In this document: in pieces, positions 46,323-54,717 of the stretch
Layout: each line of letters opens with the position of its first letter
Position numbering within the stretch: the stretch's first letter is position 1
Assembly (NCBI GenBank): GCA_964600895.1
Contig: CAZRKP010000004.1
Coordinates: forward strand, 125,321-189,320
DNA from: an uncultured Victivallis sp.
GTDB lineage: Bacteria; Verrucomicrobiota; Lentisphaeria; Victivallales; GWF2-50-93
DNA length: 64,000 nt
Reading direction: 5' to 3'
Notes under the pieces: model-generated
Databases searched by the model: none
What the model was told of the DNA's origin: nothing
What the model saw: only the letters and a program-made list of their open reading frames with translations
Made by a program: the position numbers and the translations under genes

Positions 46323-47558
46323 TCAAGACTTTTTGCCGATTTCCGCGCGCACAATCTCGACCCAGCGCTTGAATCTTTCCGGCTGATTGCTGATCGTGTG
46401 GGTGTCCTTCAGTATGAACATAAGATTGAGGCCTTTTGTGGAATCTAGGATGTGCCTGATTTCCTTTCGGATGGCGGTTTCATCGAAGTTCACGCATACG
46501 AGTCCGGGATTGGGCTTGCTGCACATCACATAATTTTTACCATAGACTGTGGCGCATTTCTCAGGGTTCGACCACGGGGATACTGATATGCACCTAAGGT
46601 TCTTGACAGTCTTTATGTATTGGAAACGGTCCTCCACCGGTTCACAGCATCCGTAGTAGGTCATGCCGAACCTTTCCATCAGCGGTTTCTGGTAGGGCCA
46701 GATGAACTCACCGAACATTTCAGGCGAAACCCCGACGGTCTCCTGTGATTCGCAAAATCCCCAGAGATCCTTGAAGCGGATCGGTTTCTTTCCGGGTTTC
46801 TTCTCTGACGGCAACTGGCTTGTCAGGCCCCAGTTGCCCGAACCTATTCCGTTGTTGCCGTTGTTGTATGCCAGCAGGTCCATCTGCTCGAGCTGGTCCA
46901 TGAAGTTCGCCATCTCGTCGGAAAGGAACTTCATCAACCTCTTGAGACCGTCAGGATTGTCGAACATGTAGAGCATCAGGTTTTCAAGCCCTATAAGATC
47001 AATCGCCGTCTGTGTCAGTCCCGTAGTCCAGAAATACTGCCCCCCTATGCCGACGTCAAGGATATCGCCGAATGCGTCCTTGCAGTTCTCGAAATGCTTC
47101 AGCGTTGATTCGCGGTTGACCGAGAATTTCCTGAATTTCAGCTTTTTCAGTCCTTCATCTATGTCTATTATCGGTGGGACATGTTTGAAAGCGCCGCGGT
47201 CGGCATCCGGGGTATTATGCTTGATCTCCACGCCAAAACCATCGTTCGAGAGATGCCATCCGATCCTGTATCTGATGTCGGTGACGGTATCATCGGCCAG
47301 CTGTTCGTGCTGATATATCCTTGACCGGAGAGAGCGTTCGACATGTCGGGCATCTTCGCCTTCGCATTCCATTAGGATCGTATTGTGTATCTCCACCCAT
47401 GCGCCCTCGGGACTCACAAGGACCATCGGCTTCTCGGAGTGGAGATCGTTCAGGCTGGTCCACTGCCTCTCCCTCTCCTTCATGATGGGAAGTTCGGAAT
47501 ATCCCTTGATCTTGGAGGCAAGCCTTCTTAAAATTTCCTTATCTTTTGAACTGAACAT
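46323..47558 (-). CDS. hypothetical protein (possibly URO-D-like TIM-barrel fold; not confidently recognised)
   Basis: 411-aa ORF with an AAGGAGG RBS and no signal peptide. The C-terminal MTYYGCCEPVEDRFQYIKTVKNLRCISVSPWSN is reminiscent of uroporphyrinogen-decarboxylase-like proteins. Confidence 0.75.
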   Translation of the reverse strand: MFSSKDKEILRRLASKIKGYSELPIMKERERQWTSLNDLHSEKPMVLVSPEGAWVEIHNTILMECEGEDARHVERSLRSRIYQHEQLADDTVTDIRYRIGWHLSNDGFGVEIKHNTPDADRGAFKHVPPIIDIDEGLKKLKFRKFSVNRESTLKHFENCKDAFGDILDVGIGGQYFWTTGLTQTAIDLIGLENLMLYMFDNPDGLKRLMKFLSDEMANFMDQLEQMDLLAYNNGNNGIGSGNWGLTSQLPSEKKPGKKPIRFKDLWGFCESQETVGVSPEMFGEFIWPYQKPLMERFGMTYYGCCEPVEDRFQYIKTVKNLRCISVSPWSNPEKCATVYGKNYVMCSKPNPGLVCVNFDETAIRKEIRHILDSTKGLNLMFILKDTHTISNQPERFKRWVEIVRAEIGKKS

Positions 47559-47662
47559 GAAAATCCTCCTTTTTTCAATTGTCCAAATTTACTTGATTTT
47601 ATATATTTTACTTCTTATTTTATGCAGTGGAGGATTTTATAAATTAAGAAACTGGTAATTTG

Positions 47663-48535
47663 ATGAATTCGTTCGTATACCATACTGGCGCTCCTGAACT
47701 AGAGATGTTCCCTCATATCAAGATGATGGGGCGCGGCATAGTCACGGACTCCTCCCGCCACGCCCTGCCAATCCACCGGAATCCGGGGATTGAGATCTGC
47801 CTGCTCCAGAAGGGAAGGTTCGAGTGGACGATAGAAGGCATCCGATATGTGATGTATCCCGGCGACTGTACCTTCACCATGCCATGGCAGGAGCACGGCG
47901 GGACACAGGGGATAATGGACATCGGTCAGCTCCTATGGATCATAATAAAGCCAATAAGCTTCAGCAAGAAAGGAGAGCTGGATTTAGGGAAATGGTCTTC
48001 GCTCCGCCCAGAACAGCAGAAATGGATCGGAAAGACACTGGTCAATGCACCCCGCCCATATTTCACGGCAAGCAGTTATCTCAAACTGCTCTATGAGGAA
48101 ATTGTTTCTGATATGCATGGCACATCAAAGTGGCGCAAGGATCGGGTAAATCGTCTGCTCGATGAACTTCTGTTCCTTGTGACGCTGGAATCTGAAAAGT
48201 CGAAACTGATTCGCAAGACCACTTTCGACATCGGCCTGATGAAAGGCAAAATATCCGCGGACATCACCCGCAGCTGGAGTCTTGATGACCTTGAGAAACT
48301 CAGCGGCTACGGGAAGAGCATGCTGAACCAGCTAATCAGGTCGCAGACCGGTTACTCAAGCATGGGACTCGTCACAAGCCTTAGGATTGAAAAGGCGAAA
48401 GATCTGCTTTCCAGGAGCTACAAGCCCATGGGAATGATCGCACTCGAATGCGGATTCACCAACAGCCAACAGTTCTCCGCCGTGTTCAGAAAACATGCCG
48501 GAAGAACTCCTTCCCAGTTCAGAAAAAAATCATAG
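47663..48535 (+). CDS. AraC family transcriptional regulator
   Basis: The ORF-track start at 47660 is TTG; ATG follows at 47663. C-terminal HTH: IALECGFTNSQQFSAVFRKHAGRTPSQFR. Confidence 0.9.
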   Translation: MNSFVYHTGAPELEMFPHIKMMGRGIVTDSSRHALPIHRNPGIEICLLQKGRFEWTIEGIRYVMYPGDCTFTMPWQEHGGTQGIMDIGQLLWIIIKPISFSKKGELDLGKWSSLRPEQQKWIGKTLVNAPRPYFTASSYLKLLYEEIVSDMHGTSKWRKDRVNRLLDELLFLVTLESEKSKLIRKTTFDIGLMKGKISADITRSWSLDDLEKLSGYGKSMLNQLIRSQTGYSSMGLVTSLRIEKAKDLLSRSYKPMGMIALECGFTNSQQFSAVFRKHAGRTPSQFRKKS

Positions 48536-48661
48536 ACCTTCCTTTGGGACTGCTTCTGCCTTTAATACCAATGGTTATATTTTATGATTTATTTTAATTG
48601 TAATACTTGACATAATATCCTTATATAGTAGCTTAATGGTTATATAATTGGTTATATATTT

Positions 48662-50041
48662 ATGAACTTTAAATACAACCATACTGCACAGAAGGCCTTG
48701 GAGATCGCCAGGACAGCCGAAGGCCGGCTCCCAAGCGAAAGGGAGCTCTGCGGAATATGCGGGGTCAGCAGGATCACTGCAAGAAAAGCACTTGAATATC
48801 TTCGTCGAAAGGGCATAGTCACAAGACATGTCGGCAAAGGCACATTCCTTGCGAAAGGTGCAAATCTCCCAAAGGTAACTTTCATGATGGTTTCCCCTTC
48901 CACACCTCCGGAGATCAAGGATCATCTCCATCGGGAAGCGGAAATATTCTTCGGGTCCAAGGATAAAACCCCGGTAGAATTCAAGGAAATAGACGAGAAT
49001 GTCGTTTCGGCGATCCAGGGAGGAGGAACGAAGATCGTCTTCTGGCCGTATATTGGACGCCTTTCAAACCTTGGAGCATTCGCATGTCTTGATGAACTTC
49101 CAGGTTTCTACGAGACCTGTTCAAGGATTGAAGCCTCCTACTGCGACTGGCACCGCGGCCTTGACGGCAGGATGAGATGCACTGCAGTACCTATGAACTT
49201 CAATGCAAGTGTTTTCAGCTTCAACCACAAGTTCGCAAAGAACATTGGACTGGATGCGAATGCCGGACCACAAAGCTGGGATGAAATCATCGAGTGGGGG
49301 GAGAAATGTTCAAAGGCCGGGAAAATATATCCGACATACGTGCCCAGCGAATTAAGGTTTGCCCTTCCTCTCGCATACTATTTCACCTCGTCGGGCGGCA
49401 GGGATTATCTGGAGGAAACCTCCTCAGGCCTCAGATTGGATTTCTCCGCGGGGGTTAAATGGCTCGAATTCTTCAGGCGTCTCCATTCGATTCCCGGCAA
49501 CTACAAGATGACATCGTTCGGTCCTGATCCTCTTACCAGGCGCAAAAGCCTTTTCAGCTGCGATGTCGGTACTTGGATATTATATCACCGTGGCTCAAAA
49601 CTCAGTTCTGAACTGTCAGTAACGCCGATCCCGCCAGTACGCAAGGGTGGCACTTCATTTACACAGGTAACTAAGAACTGCATGGGCATTGTTCCAGGCG
49701 GTGATCCAGCCGGAGTGGAGATCGCCTGGTCGTTTGTCAGGCATCTGATCTGCGACACCGATGCACAGGCGAGGCTTGCTGACGCCTTCCCGGTGCTCTC
49801 GGTAAACAGGGATGTCCTAAGAAGGCAGAGCGAGCAGACGGAATGGAAAATCTTCATCGATGCGTTCCGCTCCGGGAAATCCTTCTCCTCCCATCCGATC
49901 AGGTTCGGTCTTAACGCACTCATAAGGGAATGCTACGATGACTGCATGCGTGGCAACCTGACACCAGTGGAGGCCGCCGAAAAGATCCAGAACGTCGGTG
50001 AACTCCTGATAAAGATAGAAAGGGAGAGAACATGGTTCTGA
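48662..50041 (+). CDS. chimeric regulator: GntR-type winged HTH fused to a family-1 solute-binding-protein-like domain, no signal peptide
   Basis: N-terminal GntR-like segment: [40 protein letters not shown]. The remainder resembles ABC sugar SBPs ([35 protein letters not shown]). Confidence 0.8.
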   Translation: MNFKYNHTAQKALEIARTAEGRLPSERELCGICGVSRITARKALEYLRRKGIVTRHVGKGTFLAKGANLPKVTFMMVSPSTPPEIKDHLHREAEIFFGSKDKTPVEFKEIDENVVSAIQGGGTKIVFWPYIGRLSNLGAFACLDELPGFYETCSRIEASYCDWHRGLDGRMRCTAVPMNFNASVFSFNHKFAKNIGLDANAGPQSWDEIIEWGEKCSKAGKIYPTYVPSELRFALPLAYYFTSSGGRDYLEETSSGLRLDFSAGVKWLEFFRRLHSIPGNYKMTSFGPDPLTRRKSLFSCDVGTWILYHRGSKLSSELSVTPIPPVRKGGTSFTQVTKNCMGIVPGGDPAGVEIAWSFVRHLICDTDAQARLADAFPVLSVNRDVLRRQSEQTEWKIFIDAFRSGKSFSSHPIRFGLNALIRECYDDCMRGNLTPVEAAEKIQNVGELLIKIERERTWF

Positions 50042-50862
50042 GACAAAAAATTACGATCCTGGATACTAGATACAAGATACTAGATTCCAATTCCCGATAT
50101 CCAGTATCCAGCATCCAGCATCCGGTATCGGTTTTTACATTAATCGAACTGCTTGTCGTCATTGCGATCATCGCAATCCTTGCGGCATTGCTCCTGCCCG
50201 CATTGAGGGAGGCGAAGCTGACAGCGCACCAGGTGTCCTGTCTTTCAAAGCTCAGGCAGATGCAGATAGCCAGTTTCGCATACGCCTCCGACTACAATGA
50301 GTGGTTCATTCCGATATACACGCTATTTGACAAGGTCACTCCGGCAGCCAGGACCTGGGCCGAAGACGAGAATACTCGTCAATACCTGTCACTAAAACCA
50401 TTCAAACCGGTCTGGTATGCGGAAGTACCTGTCGACATGACCTGCGAGGATGCATCATATACCCGTTCAAATGTAAATCCGAATGGCAGCGTGAACATGC
50501 GCAGTTCCTATGGAATGAACTACAGCGAATACATGGACTGGACTTTCGGCGACCTGTTCCTTTATTCAGCAACAGCGCCTGTTCCGGCATTTGTCGTATA
50601 CAGCGTCGTGAGAGTGAAGAATCCGAGCACCAAGATGGCCTGGGCCGATTCTCTGTCACCCTCCATCCGCGTAGCCGGCTCCTCCGGATACACCGGGGAA
50701 AAATATCCTAACCCGAATGACCAGATTGCATACCGCCACCGGAATGGAGCAAACATCATCTATTACGACGCGCACGGGGAAAAACTAAAACGAACTCTTA
50801 TCGATAAGGCCTATATTTCACAGGCGGAAATAGACAAGCTTTGGTACGCGTACAAGGATTGA
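50032..50862 (+). CDS. prepilin-type N-terminal domain protein, H-X9-DG-like, with long repeat-encoded leader (P5)
   Basis: ATG at 50032 has a GGGAG RBS inside the 3' end of the regulator gene and overlaps it by 10 nt. Leader: [34 protein letters not shown]|[29 protein letters not shown]-terminal motif [18 protein letters not shown]. Confidence 0.85.
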   Translation: MVLRQKITILDTRYKILDSNSRYPVSSIQHPVSVFTLIELLVVIAIIAILAALLLPALREAKLTAHQVSCLSKLRQMQIASFAYASDYNEWFIPIYTLFDKVTPAARTWAEDENTRQYLSLKPFKPVWYAEVPVDMTCEDASYTRSNVNPNGSVNMRSSYGMNYSEYMDWTFGDLFLYSATAPVPAFVVYSVVRVKNPSTKMAWADSLSPSIRVAGSSGYTGEKYPNPNDQIAYRHRNGANIIYYDAHGEKLKRTLIDKAYISQAEIDKLWYAYKD

Positions 50863-50903
50863 GTGATTTTTATTAAGGAATCTTTCAAAATGTGGGTTTT
50901 ACA

Positions 50904-50968
50904 GGAGCGCGGGTTTTCCAACCCGCGAAAGTTTAACTCAAAATGGCGGACTGGAAAGTCCGCCCTCC
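50904..50968 (-). repeat. double-hairpin REP-like element, copy 3 (orientation B)
   Basis: Sequence: ggagcgcgggtt-ttcc-aacccgcg ... ggcggac-tggaaa-gtccgccctcc. Confidence 0.7.
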
Positions 50969-50976
50969 GTTTTTTT
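50945..50976 (+). terminator. possible intrinsic terminator formed by the distal hairpin of REP copy 3
   Basis: Stem ggcggac / gtccgcc with a 6-nt loop, then ctccg and ttttttt (50970-50976). It lies downstream of P5. Confidence 0.4.
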
Positions 50977-51026
50977 AAAATATCTTAATTGAAAAACTTA
51001 TAATATAGAAAGGATTTCCCATCAGC

Positions 51027-52364
51027 ATGAAATTTTCAACCTTTTCCCTTATCGGCTTCATCCTATTGAACTCCCTCTCTCTTTTTGCTGCCTCTTCCTG
51101 GGACGGCAAATCCCAGGTGGAATATGTGCTTTCCGTCAACACGGACCGGACGGACGCGATTTATAAAAAGAGTGAAAAAGTCACTTTCAATATCACACTG
51201 GAACAGAACAAGCAGCCTGCAAAGGAAGGAACGGTCGAATGGACCATATCCAAGGATGGAGTGCCTCCGATAGACAAGGGAAGCGTTGTTCTAAAGGACG
51301 GAAAGGCTTCTATCACCGGCAGTCTGAATGAACCTGGTTTCCTTCATTGCACAGTCGTCTTCAAGCGCGATAAGGACAAGTTCACTGCCATGGCAGGAGC
51401 GGCAATAGATCCGCTTGAGATCAAGGCAAGCCTTCCGGTACCGGACGATTTCGACGCATTCTGGGCCGCAAAGAAGAAGGAACTGGCGGCAATTCCTATC
51501 AATGCAAAGCTTACGCCTGTACCTCTGCCAGCAAACCGCAGCGGCGTGGAACTCTTCGAATACCAAGCCGATTGCATAGGAGCGCCGTCAGTCGGATATT
51601 TCGGCCGTCCAATAGGTGCAAAACCAAAAAGCCTGCCTGCAGTTTTGTTCGTACCCGGTGCGGGAGTCCGCAGTGCAAATCTTGATGCAACCGCAAGCTG
51701 GGCAAGCAACGGAATGCTCTTCATCGACCTCAACGCCCATGGGATCCCTGATGGAAAACCAAAGGAATTCTATTCTGCCCTCGACAGCGGAGAACTCAAG
51801 GACTACCGCACCCGTGGTCGCGAATCCAGGGACACATATTATTTCCTCGGTGTCTATCTCCGTGTCCTCCGTGCGATGGATTTCCTCACCTCCCAGCCAG
51901 AGTGGGATGGAAAGACACTCGTAATTGCCGGCGTCAGTCAGGGCGGAGGCCTCTCGATTGCCGGTGCGGCTCTCGAGCCACGCGTGACTTACATGATGGC
52001 ATTTGTCCCTGGACTGTCCGATCATTCAGGAATGGTGGCTGGTCGCATTGGCGGCTGGCCAAGGGTAATTCCAAATGGAGCTGACGGAAAACCGGATCCC
52101 AAGGTTCTGGAGACCATGCGTTATTTTGATTCCGCGAATTTCTGTACCCGTATCAAGGCTCCTGCGTATTTCGCAGTCGGATTCCTCGATGTCGTCTGTC
52201 CTGCCACCTGCGGTTATGCAGCCTACAACAACTTCACTGGGAAAAAGGAAATGATCAACTATCCTAATAATGGACACGACCTGGGCCCAGGAATCTGGGG
52301 AGACATGCGCAAGCAGATCCTTGCCCACATAGCGGAACAGGCAAAAACAAATTCTCCAAAATAA
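51027..52364 (+). CDS. acetyl xylan esterase / cephalosporin-C deacetylase family (CE7, AXE1) with N-terminal Ig-like domain and signal peptide
   Basis: Signal peptide MKFSTFSLIGFILLNSLSLFAAS. Motifs: the CE7 hallmark GVSQGGGLS, then YFDSANFCTRIKAPAYFAVGFLDVVCP and NNGHD. Confidence 0.8.
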   Translation: MKFSTFSLIGFILLNSLSLFAASSWDGKSQVEYVLSVNTDRTDAIYKKSEKVTFNITLEQNKQPAKEGTVEWTISKDGVPPIDKGSVVLKDGKASITGSLNEPGFLHCTVVFKRDKDKFTAMAGAAIDPLEIKASLPVPDDFDAFWAAKKKELAAIPINAKLTPVPLPANRSGVELFEYQADCIGAPSVGYFGRPIGAKPKSLPAVLFVPGAGVRSANLDATASWASNGMLFIDLNAHGIPDGKPKEFYSALDSGELKDYRTRGRESRDTYYFLGVYLRVLRAMDFLTSQPEWDGKTLVIAGVSQGGGLSIAGAALEPRVTYMMAFVPGLSDHSGMVAGRIGGWPRVIPNGADGKPDPKVLETMRYFDSANFCTRIKAPAYFAVGFLDVVCPATCGYAAYNNFTGKKEMINYPNNGHDLGPGIWGDMRKQILAHIAEQAKTNSPK

Positions 52365-52416
52365 CTAACAACGCTTATATCAATATGGTTACATAATTGA
52401 CTGGTCTTATAATAAC

Positions 52417-52466
52417 GGAGGGCGGACTTTCCAGTCCGCCGTGGCGGGTTGGAAAACCCGCCCTCC
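52417..52466 (+). repeat. double-hairpin REP-like element, copy 4 (orientation A)
   Basis: Sequence: ggagggcggac-tttcca-gtccgcc-gt-ggcgggtt-ggaa-aacccgccctcc. It creates a spurious upstream extension (MAGWKTRPP...) of the next ORF. Confidence 0.7.
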
Positions 52467-52515
52467 TTTGGAATGTCAATTCAATTTTAAAATTAACTAT
52501 AGGAAAGGATCATAT

Positions 52516-54612
52516 ATGAAAAGGGAACGCTTGCAGAAATCCACCTCTCAAGGCAGAAAACTTTTCGGTTTTCTGCTAGGAATTTTGGCCATGTGCGTCT
52601 TTTCCGAAGGCGCATTCGCCCAAGGAGGCGTTGGTCCGAAACTCCTGTTTGATCCTTCCGCTCCTGGCTGTGAAAAGCAGATAGAGATAAAGGGGGGCAG
52701 CGAGTCGCAGGTAACGACGTCCGTCGCCAAGAACGGAATCACAATGAACATAAAGTCCGGTCCGGAAAATTGGCCGAGTATCATTTTGAAACAGGCCGGT
52801 GGCGCACCATGGGATCTCTCCCTTTACGGACATGTCGAGGCAAAGATCACCAATATTGGTACCAAGAAAGCTGGAATCAGCATTCGTGTCGACAACGAGG
52901 GCGATCACAAGTCCCAGCCCTGGAACAGCGAGTCAAAGAAGATTGAGCCCGGCCAGACCAAGACCATCCGCGTCTATTTCGGCTACTCGTATGGATTCCA
53001 GAAAAGCTTCGCACTGAAACCTGAAAAAATTACCCAACTTCTCTTCTTCACCGACAAGACCGACACCGATCTGGCGTTCCGCATCGAGAATATCATGGGT
53101 GCAGGTTGGGTCGGTGAGAAGGTCGGCGTGGATCCCGACCGTGTCGGGAAAAAGCCGGCAAACGGTGTAATACTTGATGCCACAACACAAATCAAGCTTC
53201 CAGGCCAGGCAGTTGCAAACAACGGCGCAAAAGCCTCAGCCGGTCCTGACGGGAAATTCCTAAAGATTGATTTTGCCGGAGGAAAAGATGAATCCGTCAC
53301 ATTCATTCCAACAGAAGGACTCTGGAACCTCAATGAACAGCTCCAGGTAAAAGTGAAACTGAAGAACATCGGACAGGCTCCCGTCACTCCGTCAGTAAAA
53401 TTAGAAAGTGATTCTGGTCCTTCTGATTTGATAACTGCATCTTCCGCCATCGCCCCCGGAACAGAAGCAGAAATCATAGTTCCATTCGCGCCGCGTGTCC
53501 CATGGAAGGGACAACAGGATCCCGCGCAGGAGGATCCGAAGAAGAAAGGATCATGGGGTCCCCAGCCCGGAACTGGCACGGCATTCCGCAGCAACATCAC
53601 CTCAGGTGTTACAATTGCCTCAGATAAAACCGAAGGAGCAAAAACTCTCCTCGTAACTTCAATCGTCGCCGATCTACCTGAACTGAAGCTTCCCGAATGG
53701 CTCGGAAAGAGACCTCCGGTCGAAGGAGACTGGGTCCAGACATTGAACGAGGATTTTGATGGAGATTCCCTTGACCTAAAGCGCTGGAATATTTTTTCAC
53801 CAAACTGGTGGGACAAGAGAATGCATTTCTCAAAGGATCAGGCCATCGTCAAGGACGGCAAGCTGACAATACGCCTGGAAAAGAAGAAAGGATTTCAAAA
53901 TGACATCAAGGAAATGGACACCTACTTCAAGGGAGCCTACGCGGGGCTGGAAACAGATTACGCAACCGCCCAACTCGAAACTTCCGGCAAATGGACCCAG
54001 AGATATGGATATTTTGAAATCCGCGAGAAACAGCCTAAAGCGAAATCCTGCTGGCCTGGTTTTTGGATGATGCCGGACCGTGGCATAGCTGCAGCAACAA
54101 AAATCACTAACCCAAATCCCACATGGGCAGACATTCATAATGCGAACAGGGCCCGTGGCAATACAGGCAACGGAGGTATGGAGTTTGACATCACGGAATC
54201 ACAATCCTCATGGGGCATACACCGTTTTAATGTTGCCTTTCACTGGGATGGTTATGGTGAAGCACATAAAAGCATTGGTACCTCCAGTATTTATGTTCAG
54301 GCTGACAAGGATGGATTCATCACCGTAGGATTTCTCTGGTTGCCTGGAAAAGTCGCTGTTTATGGAAACGGCAAGGAAATCTTTCACTGGGAAAGCCCGC
54401 GCATTTCATCCATACCTGCCTTACTGATCCTCCAGAATGAGATCGGCGGATGGGACAATGAGCAGGTGGACGATGCTGAACTGCCTGCGGATTATGTGGT
54501 GGACTACATCCGTGTCTGGCAACGCAAGGACTTGGCAACACCTGAAGACGGCCCAAAACCAAATCGCGGTGTACTAATCAAGAGTCCTAAGGATCTCACA
54601 CCTCTTGATTGA
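52516..54612 (+). CDS. exported glycoside hydrolase family 16 with N-terminal CBM-like domains
   Basis: ORF 52441..54612. The start MKRERLQ... at 52516 has AGGAAAGGA upstream and a signal peptide (FGFLLGILAMCVFSEGAFA). The GH16 core has YGYFEIREKQPKAKSCWPGFWMMP and the catalytic block GGMEFDITES (ExDxxE). Confidence 0.85.
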   Translation: MKRERLQKSTSQGRKLFGFLLGILAMCVFSEGAFAQGGVGPKLLFDPSAPGCEKQIEIKGGSESQVTTSVAKNGITMNIKSGPENWPSIILKQAGGAPWDLSLYGHVEAKITNIGTKKAGISIRVDNEGDHKSQPWNSESKKIEPGQTKTIRVYFGYSYGFQKSFALKPEKITQLLFFTDKTDTDLAFRIENIMGAGWVGEKVGVDPDRVGKKPANGVILDATTQIKLPGQAVANNGAKASAGPDGKFLKIDFAGGKDESVTFIPTEGLWNLNEQLQVKVKLKNIGQAPVTPSVKLESDSGPSDLITASSAIAPGTEAEIIVPFAPRVPWKGQQDPAQEDPKKKGSWGPQPGTGTAFRSNITSGVTIASDKTEGAKTLLVTSIVADLPELKLPEWLGKRPPVEGDWVQTLNEDFDGDSLDLKRWNIFSPNWWDKRMHFSKDQAIVKDGKLTIRLEKKKGFQNDIKEMDTYFKGAYAGLETDYATAQLETSGKWTQRYGYFEIREKQPKAKSCWPGFWMMPDRGIAAATKITNPNPTWADIHNANRARGNTGNGGMEFDITESQSSWGIHRFNVAFHWDGYGEAHKSIGTSSIYVQADKDGFITVGFLWLPGKVAVYGNGKEIFHWESPRISSIPALLILQNEIGGWDNEQVDDAELPADYVVDYIRVWQRKDLATPEDGPKPNRGVLIKSPKDLTPLD

Positions 54613-54717
54613 GGATAAGAAAGACAATCATCAAAAGCACGCAAACTAAAGTTTGTACTCCAACGACAATTCTCCAATCATACCGTTATAGAGGAATTAA
54701 ATGTTGGAGTCCAAGCT

